From a virus (lineage: Duplodnaviria; Caudoviricetes), in the IMG/VR virus record IMGVR_UViG_3300029624_000040, positions 1 through 63,819 of that record: a DNA stretch of 63,819 bases. One strand, 5' to 3'. Under the pieces are notes generated by a model. That model was not told the origin of the DNA, made no database searches, and saw only the letters and a program-made list of their open reading frames with translations. Numbering within the stretch: position 1 is the first letter of the stretch; every line of letters starts with the position of its first letter. Below are positions 56,499 to 63,819 of this stretch, one piece after another. The translations under genes and the position numbers were made by a program.

Positions 56499-56560
56499 CT
56501 ATCCCTTCCCCCTGAACCATTCCCCAAAGTTTTTCAGCCGACCCGCCGCATACAGCGGAG

Positions 56561-57142
56561 TCACGTTTCGGTTGGCTTAATCCGCCTTCCAAACCCCGGC
56601 GTCCGCTCGGCCATCGCTGCACCCAAATTGCTCAGGTGCTCGACCGTCTTCCGCTTCTTCTCCAAGCTCATCTCCATGTTCAGGTCGACGCCGTCCAAGC
56701 ATTGAGCCAGGCACGCAAGCCGCTCGGTCAACTCGCCGTCCTGCTCCACATGCTCCATTACTGCACGAACGGGCCGGTCGTCTCCACTTCGCCAATCGAC
56801 CCCTAAATCCCGCAGCACACCTTCCAAACACCCCAGTTTCTTTGAGTCGTCTTTCAGGTCCGCTATCGCCTTCTGCATCTCGTAATTGCTGAACCAGTGA
56901 GGCTCCAAAGCGTCTCTGACCTCTTCACTCATAATCGCCGCGCCGAGCAAAAACGCTTGGCGACAGTAGGCTGAACCGTAAGCGCGTCTCGGGTCGACCG
57001 TGGTTATCTTCGCTGGGCGTCTTTGCTGGTTCCGTGGCATCCGTGACCGCCGTTTCTCCTGTGTGCGCACCGCTCCCATTGTCCGGGTCACAAGACCTTC
57101 AACCCGGAGCTTCGACGCTTCTGACTCAACGGCAAGAGCCAA
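56561..57142 (-). CDS. hypothetical protein with a DnaB-N-terminal-like segment; start uncertain
   Basis: QAFLLGAAIM..DALEPHWF resembles the DnaB N-domain. Confidence 0.4.
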   Translation of the reverse strand: MALAVESEASKLRVEGLVTRTMGAVRTQEKRRSRMPRNQQRRPAKITTVDPRRAYGSAYCRQAFLLGAAIMSEEVRDALEPHWFSNYEMQKAIADLKDDSKKLGCLEGVLRDLGVDWRSGDDRPVRAVMEHVEQDGELTERLACLAQCLDGVDLNMEMSLEKKRKTVEHLSNLGAAMAERTPGFGRRIKPTET

Positions 57143-57337
57143 CCGGCCTCAGTGGTCTTTGTGTGACCCGTCCAAGTCGTCAGGGTGGGACGTTGCTTGG
57201 GTTTTGTGACCACTACCGGCTGTCAGGGCGCGACCCCTGTGTCCAACTCTCCGTGATTTCTCACGTCCGTTCCCAGACTGGCAACGCCCTTCAAGCCGAT
57301 TGGTTTCGCCGTGTTGCAGGCGGCGGGCATTTTTGCT
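56946..57337 (-). ncRNA. candidate ~390-nt structured element
   Basis: Closing stem 57327-57337/56946-56956 and several internal stems including CGUGA-GAAA-UCACG. Confidence 0.45.
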
Positions 57338-57375
57338 GAGAGTCGTCATGGCGTTTTCACTTCCTTGTTGTCGAA

Positions 57376-57446
57376 CCGGCGTGTCAGGAGTCGAACCTGG
57401 GTCTCCCACGGCCCTGCGGGTGTTCTGTCCGTTGAACTACACGCCG
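57376..57446 (-). tRNA. tRNA-like element with a non-canonical 6-nt anticodon loop
   Basis: CGGCGTG/CACGCCG acceptor, GTTC/GAAC D stem, GGTTCGACTCC T arm; loop AGGGCC. Confidence 0.75.
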
Positions 57447-57459
57447 TTATCTGTCCACC

Positions 57460-57705
57460 TTAGAACGGCACGTCGTTGTCGCCGATGTCGCCGCCTGAGC
57501 TTTGCCGCTGCTGCGATTCATCCTTGGGAGTGAAGGACAGCGACATAAACGTCTGGCCCGCCTTCGATTTCTTCAGCCAGGCGGCAATCCAGACCTCTTC
57601 GCCTTTGAAGTTTCCTTGCCCCTTGTAGTCCGGGTGCTTGTCCGATTCCTTGCGGTCGTTTTTGAACAACGCCCCCGAGTTCGTGTTGTCATACTGCTGT
57701 GGCAT
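57460..57705 (-). CDS. ssb: single-stranded DNA-binding protein (short DUF736-like type)
   Basis: GALFKNDRK..PDYKG..AAW..FMSLS; acidic DVPF tail. Confidence 0.8.
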   Translation of the reverse strand: MPQQYDNTNSGALFKNDRKESDKHPDYKGQGNFKGEEVWIAAWLKKSKAGQTFMSLSFTPKDESQQRQSSGGDIGDNDVPF

Positions 57706-59271
57706 CTATCGCTCCCTCCGGGTCATCAGTGAAAAATCGAGTTCCTTCACGCGAGAATTCCAGTCCGCCTCACAGACTGGCATGTATGGTGCATCAGGCG
57801 GCGGCTCAAACCCGTTCGCTTTGATGTAGATTCCCCGCATCTGCGCGAACGTGACGGGCTTCTTTTTCGACTTCCGGCAGCCCCAGAACAGCGACTCCCA
57901 CTTCTTGTAGGCTTCGGGCCGGGTGTCGACCTTGCGGGGGCGGCGTAGTTTGCCCCTCGCGAGCGTGAGCTTTCCATCCGTCTGAAGAATTGGCCGCGTG
58001 CGTTTCTGGTGCTGAAAGCCGCACTGCTGACACTTCTTGCCGCTCCGACGTACCGCTTGGCAGTTCGGGCAGACGATAGGCTCCGGTAGCTCACTGTTGC
58101 GTATCGCCTCTTTGACGAAACTGGACGCCTTGTTTTCATCCAGTTTCCAGAACCGTTGCCAGAACCAGCCCAGGTCGTCATTCGGTGAGATTCCGTGGAG
58201 CAGGTCATTCCCGCCGTGGTCCTGAATGACGACATGCTCTAGGTCGGGCCGGTTACGGTTGCGGCGGATGACTCGACCGCAAACCTGAATGAACGCCTGA
58301 ATCGAAGGGATGGGCGTGGCGAGAATCAGGTGCATCACTTCGGGAAGGTCGATTCCTTCGCGGAGCACAAAGCGATTACACACCACATTTATACGGCCCT
58401 CCTTAAGCGCACTCAATATCTCTTGCCGACGTTCTTTGTCGTTTTCCTCTTCTTTATTCCAATAGGTGCATTCACCGTCGATATGTGCTGCGGTGATGCC
58501 GTTGGCTTCTAGGTGGTCGACCATCCACTTTGATGAATCGACCGATGGGGCGAACAGCAATGTCGGGTATCGCTCGGGGTTCAGCCGGTTGTAATTGGCG
58601 ATGACGTGACCGCAGACCTGTTGCGCGTAGCCGTCAAAGCCGAACAAGTCGACACAATCACGCGCAGCAACCTTGCGAACGTCACGGGTCAATTCCGGGG
58701 TGGTCGGAGAGTAGTATTTTGCCGGAATTAACGCTCCGCACTGAAATCCGTCCGACGTTTGACCGGCTACAATGAGGCTGTCCGAGCGGTTGACTCCTAA
58801 GGGAGTTGCTGTCAGCCCGGCCACCTTAGCGTCGGGGAAGTTGTCGATGTGACCGCCAAACTCGTCTCCCTGAAACAAGTGCCACTCATCCACGAGAATG
58901 AGTTGTGGCGGCAGCATCTGGTAATCGAGCCGGTTCTGGCGTGATATTTCAGTCTGGATAGACGCGAGTTGAAGCGTGGCCTCGGGGTCAAAATGCTCTT
59001 CCCACCCAGCCGCCCGGACGCCCACTCGCAGTCCTTCGCCCTTTAACGTCTCGTAGATTTGCTCCGTCAGCATCCGGCGCGGGGAGTACAGCCGCGTGAC
59101 GTGCCCGTGCTTCGCCGCCCACTCCATGACGCGGACGAATACGCGGGTTTTGCCCATGCCGGTGGGCAGGGTGACACACACCGAGCGAGTCCCGTCCGAC
59201 CACTCCCTGAGAAGGGAATGCACGGCTTTTTGCTGGTGCGGCCAGTCGCCGGACATATCGGGAAGGCTCAC
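57706..59271 (-). CDS. superfamily 2 helicase with zinc ribbon
   Basis: LPTGMGKT, DEWH, LTATP, QVCGRVIR, CPNC..CQQC. Confidence 0.9.
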   Translation of the reverse strand: MSLPDMSGDWPHQQKAVHSLLREWSDGTRSVCVTLPTGMGKTRVFVRVMEWAAKHGHVTRLYSPRRMLTEQIYETLKGEGLRVGVRAAGWEEHFDPEATLQLASIQTEISRQNRLDYQMLPPQLILVDEWHLFQGDEFGGHIDNFPDAKVAGLTATPLGVNRSDSLIVAGQTSDGFQCGALIPAKYYSPTTPELTRDVRKVAARDCVDLFGFDGYAQQVCGHVIANYNRLNPERYPTLLFAPSVDSSKWMVDHLEANGITAAHIDGECTYWNKEEENDKERRQEILSALKEGRINVVCNRFVLREGIDLPEVMHLILATPIPSIQAFIQVCGRVIRRNRNRPDLEHVVIQDHGGNDLLHGISPNDDLGWFWQRFWKLDENKASSFVKEAIRNSELPEPIVCPNCQAVRRSGKKCQQCGFQHQKRTRPILQTDGKLTLARGKLRRPRKVDTRPEAYKKWESLFWGCRKSKKKPVTFAQMRGIYIKANGFEPPPDAPYMPVCEADWNSRVKELDFSLMTRRER

Positions 59272-60164
59272 CGCTCCCCCTTCCATGCCTCGTACTGCTT
59301 CAGAATCGACTCCTCCAAATCGCCAATCTGACGACGCTTCGGAGACGGCCACAGAGAATTCAATTCGTCCAACGCCCGGTGCATCTCGCCGAACGCCTTC
59401 TGGAACTTCCCGTCAATCTTGCTGAACGCAGCCTGCTCTTGAGCCTGCGTCTTCACCGCCTTCTCAGCTTCACGCCGAGTCGGTAAAGGCTGGTCGTCTT
59501 CCCATTCACTTGGGTCGAATGACGTTCCACCACTCGGCTTCTTGGAAGAAGAAGGGCCTCCATGCCCGGCTGGTCCATCAGCATCCGGCGTCTTTTCCGG
59601 TTCCTTCGGCCCCGAGTCCTTCGGGGTGTCCTGCTTGGCCTTCCGTGTCTTCGCCGCCTTGCGTCCGGTAGAAACACTGACGTTTTTGCCGTTTTTGGTT
59701 TTTCTACTGTCCACTGTGGACAGTAGACCTTTCGTTTCTAGCTCCCGCCGTTGCTGCCCGACATACGTCGGTGAGACGTTGCACACCTCAGCAATCTGCC
59801 GGTCGGACAGCTTCGCATTCCGCTTCAAGTAGCTTTGCGTTCGGGACTTTTTGTCCTCTCGCGACGTGGCGACCCCGTGCTGGTCGTTTGCCCGACAGGC
59901 AAACCGGAAGGCGTCTTCCCACGTTCCCTTGCGGATGTCCGCGAACACCTTGGGGATGTTGTTTTCCGCATCGGCAGTGACACGGTGTAGGCCGTCGGCC
60001 AAGTAGTATTTCTCACCGTCATGGAAGACGACTGGGTTGGGGAACGTGGCCCCGCCTTTTTTCTCTTGAGCGTATTGCTCGACCACTTCTTCGCGGCACG
60101 ACGCGCGCGCCTCGGTGGCTGGCGTAAGGTCCAAATCGTCTAGGTTGATTCCTTTATTCGGCAT
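59268..60164 (-). CDS. ParB-like N-terminal domain plus HTH protein
   Basis: YYLADGLHRV; SDRQIAEVCNVSPTYVG. Confidence 0.85.
   Translation of the reverse strand: MPNKGINLDDLDLTPATEARASCREEVVEQYAQEKKGGATFPNPVVFHDGEKYYLADGLHRVTADAENNIPKVFADIRKGTWEDAFRFACRANDQHGVATSREDKKSRTQSYLKRNAKLSDRQIAEVCNVSPTYVGQQRRELETKGLLSTVDSRKTKNGKNVSVSTGRKAAKTRKAKQDTPKDSGPKEPEKTPDADGPAGHGGPSSSKKPSGGTSFDPSEWEDDQPLPTRREAEKAVKTQAQEQAAFSKIDGKFQKAFGEMHRALDELNSLWPSPKRRQIGDLEESILKQYEAWKGER
59703..59727. promoter_or_regulatory. perfect palindrome inside the ParB-like gene
   Basis: TCTACTGTCCAC t GTGGACAGTAGA, encodes LLSTVDSR just after the HTH. Confidence 0.8.
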
Positions 60165-60867
60165 CGGTCGCCTCCTTCAATGCAGTGGCGACAACCCGCT
60201 TCCACTCCACCTTTTCGTTCGCAATCTTGGCCTTCACGGCATCGACGATTTCGCCGTCCGTCGCCATGTCCGGGTCGACGCCAGCCCAGTTCATAACGGC
60301 GAAGAAATCCTCGTCGGACTTAATGTCGAGATTGGACTTCATGCGGGCGAGCGTCCGGGCCTCCTGCTCACGGGTCGCCTGAATCTTGGAGTCCTGCTGT
60401 TTCTCAGCGACGTACTTGTTGTCGTCGTACTGGCCGAGATAAACGTCTGCGGAGAACCCAAGGTGCGACAGTGCTTTTGAGAGGGCGTCGGTCATCGCCT
60501 TCTTAGGCGCGTCGTCGTCGACCTCTTGCACGCGAGGGTTCGGTTCGTTGTTTTTCTCGCCGCGGAATCCGGCTGGCGTATAAAGCATGTGGGTGCCGCG
60601 GACCGAGCCGAACATCATGTTCTCGTTGATGCCGACGCACACATCGCAAACAGCAAGAATGCCGTCGCCGACAGGCAAGGTGCTGTGCTTCGCGTTATAG
60701 ACCCAACCGTCACCCACGGGGCCGAATTGCTCGGTCATCCTCTGGATGTTGTACATCGGGTCGACCGCCGTGTACTTGCGGCCGAACTCCACTTTCTTGG
60801 TATATCGCGGGTCAGTTTCCTTGACCGCGTCCCAAAGCTTTTTGCCTGTGTTCTCTAGTCCTTCCAT
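60154..60867 (-). CDS. Rad52/Sak-like single-strand annealing protein
   Basis: FGPVGDGW; DDAPKKAMTDALSKALSHLGFSADVY. Confidence 0.8.
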   Translation of the reverse strand: MEGLENTGKKLWDAVKETDPRYTKKVEFGRKYTAVDPMYNIQRMTEQFGPVGDGWVYNAKHSTLPVGDGILAVCDVCVGINENMMFGSVRGTHMLYTPAGFRGEKNNEPNPRVQEVDDDAPKKAMTDALSKALSHLGFSADVYLGQYDDNKYVAEKQQDSKIQATREQEARTLARMKSNLDIKSDEDFFAVMNWAGVDPDMATDGEIVDAVKAKIANEKVEWKRVVATALKEATDAE

Positions 60868-61781
60868 GCCAAGTCTCCATCTTCAATCGCGGTGAACCAA
60901 CTCGGAACGTCTAAGGTTTGGTCCGACTCGTCCGCGGGGTCGGTCCAGTCGTCTGTTTCAATTCGCATCCGTAATTCCGCGAGCCTCTTGTCGATGAGCA
61001 GATTGGCTGACCGCCGCATTTCCTCGGGCATCTGGTAAACCCGGCAGTAGTGCGGCCATGACTTTGAGGCGACAATCCAGCGGCTTGGCTCGCTGCACGG
61101 CCCGAACACTGCATCTCTGCCGCGCTCGTACCACGCCAGGCTGATGTGATAGCCGTAGGAATGAGCGTCGTTAAAAAACTCTCGCCCGTTCTTCGCTCGG
61201 CTGGTCTTCAGGTCTGCTATCGCGTTGTCGGGGTCAAGGATGTCGAGCTTGGCTTTGAGCGGCAGCCCGGTCTTTTCGTCCGTCCACACGACCGAGTATT
61301 CACAGTCCCCGGCTTCTCGGGCCTGCATGATAATTTCAGTCGCCCTCGTGTTTCGCAGCATGCCCATTGCCATGTCGTTAATCAGGTCATAGTCGGCCTG
61401 CAAAACGTCGGGCACGTCCGACTCCGCTTTCCACTCGTCGTACTTCTTCCCTTGCCTACGACCGCCCGGATAGACCCTTACAACATCCTTCAGACACTTG
61501 CCTTCAAGAATGTGTTGATGCAGGGCCGTTCCGACTGCAAATTGCGGTTTGGACGGACCGGCCATCCCGTCGATTTCTTCCAGTCGAAAGAGAACCGGCG
61601 ACTCGCAGAATTTCTTGAATGACGTGGACCTCAGCCCCAGTAAGTCGTCGTACTCCTCGTCGGAGCATTTCAGTGAATACGGCTCAAACGGTTCCTGATT
61701 CAGCAACCGCGCCCACCAACTCTCCGTCGTCAGTTGGTTGGTATTCGTATCCGCAGATTTCATCGGCTCGGCCTGGCTCAT
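60855..61781 (-). CDS. RecE/exonuclease VIII-like PD-(D/E)XK nuclease
   Basis: GTALH..LE; LKAKLD; DLKTS; YGYH..AWY. Confidence 0.85.
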   Translation of the reverse strand: MSQAEPMKSADTNTNQLTTESWWARLLNQEPFEPYSLKCSDEEYDDLLGLRSTSFKKFCESPVLFRLEEIDGMAGPSKPQFAVGTALHQHILEGKCLKDVVRVYPGGRRQGKKYDEWKAESDVPDVLQADYDLINDMAMGMLRNTRATEIIMQAREAGDCEYSVVWTDEKTGLPLKAKLDILDPDNAIADLKTSRAKNGREFFNDAHSYGYHISLAWYERGRDAVFGPCSEPSRWIVASKSWPHYCRVYQMPEEMRRSANLLIDKRLAELRMRIETDDWTDPADESDQTLDVPSWFTAIEDGDLAWKD

Positions 61782-61814
61782 GGAGTGCTGCTTTCAACTG
61801 GTCGATTCGCCATT

Positions 61815-62138
61815 TCACGGCGTCTGCAAATCGCTGGACGGCTGCGTAGTCGGGTAGAAGTTCGGGCTTGTTGATGACGGCAACGAGCCGGTCGTCAATG
61901 TCTGCCCCGGTGAGTCGTTTTCGATGCAAAGCCCATGCTCCTCGGCATACGAACAAGCCCACGAAAACGCCCGGAACTTATCCACGAACTGCTTATTGAG
62001 CGGCGGTGGTGGGCGCAGGAACCACTGCTCAAAGTTCGGGGGATGAAATCGCCATTCGGCCCCGGCAACGTGAACAAGTTGCATGACTTGGGAATCTGCT
62101 GGAAACCCCTCGGGCCACACTCGGAATCGTCGTGTCAC
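61815..62138 (-). CDS. hypothetical protein, frame ambiguous
   Basis: GGAGG RBS; an alternative frame 61684-61962 is also open. Confidence 0.4.
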   Translation of the reverse strand: MTRRFRVWPEGFPADSQVMQLVHVAGAEWRFHPPNFEQWFLRPPPPLNKQFVDKFRAFSWACSYAEEHGLCIENDSPGQTLTTGSLPSSTSPNFYPTTQPSSDLQTP

Positions 62139-62199
62139 ACCCGCCTCCCAAACTGCCTGAGCAGCACCAGTGCGAGGATTGCGAACTCGAATAGGTCGG

Positions 62200-62430
62200 T
62201 CACGATGCGGACTCCAAGGCTTCGATGCGTTCGAGCAATTTGGCCGCTTCCGCCTTTAACTTCTCGATTGCGTCCTCCCGCTCGTCCGGCTTGGCGAGGG
62301 CCGGGAACTCAACGATGCAGGCGTTCTTGCCCGCCCACCCCGAATGCTTCACCCGGTATCGCGATCGCGATAGCCAGTTGGCTGTAAATTCTTCAGCCTT
62401 GCCTTCCGCCTCACTAAAGGCGAGTAGCAC
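62200..62430 (-). CDS. hypothetical protein, start uncertain
   Basis: Coiled-coil C-terminus. Confidence 0.5.
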   Translation of the reverse strand: MLLAFSEAEGKAEEFTANWLSRSRYRVKHSGWAGKNACIVEFPALAKPDEREDAIEKLKAEAAKLLERIEALESAS

Positions 62431-62481
62431 CTGGCGGTCGGCTCAATTTCAATGCAGTCTTTTAGGTCTTCGATGGTCATG

Positions 62482-62757
62482 TCACTTAACTCCGTAATTG
62501 CCTTTAATCATCCGCTTGAGGCTCGTGCCGCAGAACGGACAGTGATTGATGACGATGCCTGCCTTCTTTTCTCTTCCCGACTTCAAGATCAGCAGGTCGC
62601 GGGAGTGAACGCCGTTCGTCATTGAAAAATAACCCTTGCAGACGAGGCCCGACTTCTTGTGCGGGTCGTCTTCCACGACCGCATCAAGCCCTGCGCACAG
62701 AGTCAGTTTTGTTTTGCTGAACGTACATTTGGGCCGGTTGTTCTTTTTTTCTTCCAT
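62482..62757 (-). CDS. hypothetical zinc-binding protein
   Basis: HCPFCG. Confidence 0.6.
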   Translation of the reverse strand: MEEKKNNRPKCTFSKTKLTLCAGLDAVVEDDPHKKSGLVCKGYFSMTNGVHSRDLLILKSGREKKAGIVINHCPFCGTSLKRMIKGNYGVK

Positions 62758-62850
62758 ATCCCCCTCTCGTAATCGCACCCATTTACGCTGCCGGGCGGTC
62801 AATGAATCTCCACTCGCGGACGTTGTGGGTGGCGGTGATGCCTGGGTGAA

Positions 62851-63249
62851 TCATTTTTCCGCCCACACATGAAACCGCTGCGGAAGGCCCCTTAATAAGC
62901 TCGGGTTGCACGCGCAAACATACCTCGCAATTTCGACCGCCCACGCGAAAGGAACGCCCTGCATGTGCGGAAGAGCCTCGCTGATATCTCGCATAAAACG
63001 TTCCCAGCCCCGGTCGCTTAATGCTGTGGCGCCAGACAGTGACCGTCGCCGCTGCGACTTCCACCAGCGGCACTCTTTTTCGTATGCCCTCTTGAATGCC
63101 GCGGCGGTAATATCCCGTTTCACTTCTTCCTGGAACTGCTTTCGGGCACTGGAAACCTTGACCCGTTCGCAATAGAGCCTTAGTTCATTGTCGCGTAACC
63201 ACCTGGCGACTTGCTCATCGGTTGCGTAGATTTCGGGTTTCTTGCTCAC
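62851..63249 (-). CDS. hypothetical protein
   Basis: GTGA-coupled to csrA. Confidence 0.65.
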   Translation of the reverse strand: MSKKPEIYATDEQVARWLRDNELRLYCERVKVSSARKQFQEEVKRDITAAAFKRAYEKECRWWKSQRRRSLSGATALSDRGWERFMRDISEALPHMQGVPFAWAVEIARYVCACNPSLLRGLPQRFHVWAEK

Positions 63250-63404
63250 GCCGCCCTCCTTTCCTTCACATCGTCCCGAACGACCTTCACGTCTCGCGGG
63301 GCGTCAAAGCCCAACACTACGTCCTTGCCGTCCTTAATGACTGTGACCACGATGTCCTTGCCGATACGCACGGACTGTCCGACTTTTCGCTTGAGTACGA
63401 GCAT
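63246..63404 (-). CDS. csrA: carbon storage regulator CsrA/RsmA-like RNA-binding protein
   Basis: MLVLKRKVGQSVRIGKDIVVTV..VVLGFDAPRDVKVVR. Confidence 0.92.
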   Translation of the reverse strand: MLVLKRKVGQSVRIGKDIVVTVIKDGKDVVLGFDAPRDVKVVRDDVKERRAA

Positions 63405-63420
63405 CCTTGCTCCCTTCGAG

Positions 63421-63621
63421 TTAAGAGCCGAAGCGGAGTGCGTTCCGCTTGGCCTTGAGGTATGCCCGCCGCGGAGTGCGGCGAGCTTGGGCGATTCCAA
63501 TGACGCGTTCAGTGCGAGGCGTTTCGTCCGGAATCGCCGGTTCCCGCTTGGCATCTGTCACGCCCCATTCGATCCCGATGAAGCCATAGAGTGCTAACGC
63601 GAATCCCGCGTAGCTCTTCAT
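63421..63621 (-). CDS. hypothetical protein with hydrophobic N-terminus
   Basis: GGGAG RBS. Confidence 0.5.
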   Translation of the reverse strand: MKSYAGFALALYGFIGIEWGVTDAKREPAIPDETPRTERVIGIAQARRTPRRAYLKAKRNALRFGS

Positions 63622-63654
63622 CCTTGCTCTCCCTGTAAGGTGTAAGTTTGCGAC

Positions 63655-63819
63655 CTATTCGGCAGCCGACATCATCTCAATCAGCTTGTCACCCATTGTT
63701 TCACACGCCGCCGACCACGCCGCCGACCACGCCGCCGACCTCGCCGACTCCGCCGACCACGCCGCCGACCACGCCGCCGCCCACGCCGCCGACCACGCCG
63801 ACCACGCAGCCGACTCCGC
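63655..63819 (-). CDS. C-terminal part of the same repeat protein (AESAAWSAWSAA...CETMGDKLIEMMSAAE*)
   Basis: Same repeat unit and strand; TAG at 63655-63657; 63724-63758 is identical to 1-35. Confidence 0.85.
   Translation of the reverse strand, partial: AESAAWSAWSAAWAAAWSAAWSAESARSAAWSAAWSAACETMGDKLIEMMSAAE

Overview
The window looks like an essentially complete, circular ~63.8 kb temperate podovirus-like phage genome. The contig is broken inside a low-complexity Ala/Ser/Trp repeat gene that runs across the two ends. A Planctomycetota host is my inference from protein styles, not a database result. Modules: (i) tyrosine integrase, excisionase and an intact attP carrying the 5' half of tRNA-Arg(CCT); (ii) minus-strand early/replication genes (CsrA, RecE-like, Rad52/Sak-like, ParB-like HTH, SF2 helicase, SSB, HNH, MazG-like, RusA-like, Dam) plus small-ORF cassettes separated by repeats; (iii) terminase, portal, adaptor, nozzle and ejection proteins, including an ADP-ribosyltransferase-like effector; (iv) a detached scaffold-capsid-decoration-glycosyltransferase block; (v) a plus-strand operon at 17.3-21.3 kb with an AAA+ ATPase, orphan HicB and a serine recombinase. 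The most striking content is non-coding. There is a ~850-nt highly structured plus-strand RNA (GOLLD-like) beside attP, and two type II hammerhead ribozymes in an operon whose ribosome-binding sites share AAACGGGAG while a hairpin loop in that operon displays its exact complement. There are also two families of dispersed odd-centred palindromes (one inside the ParB-like gene), a tRNA-like element with an aberrant anticodon loop and an adjacent ~400-nt structured element. All calls are by eye; no searches or folding programs were run.
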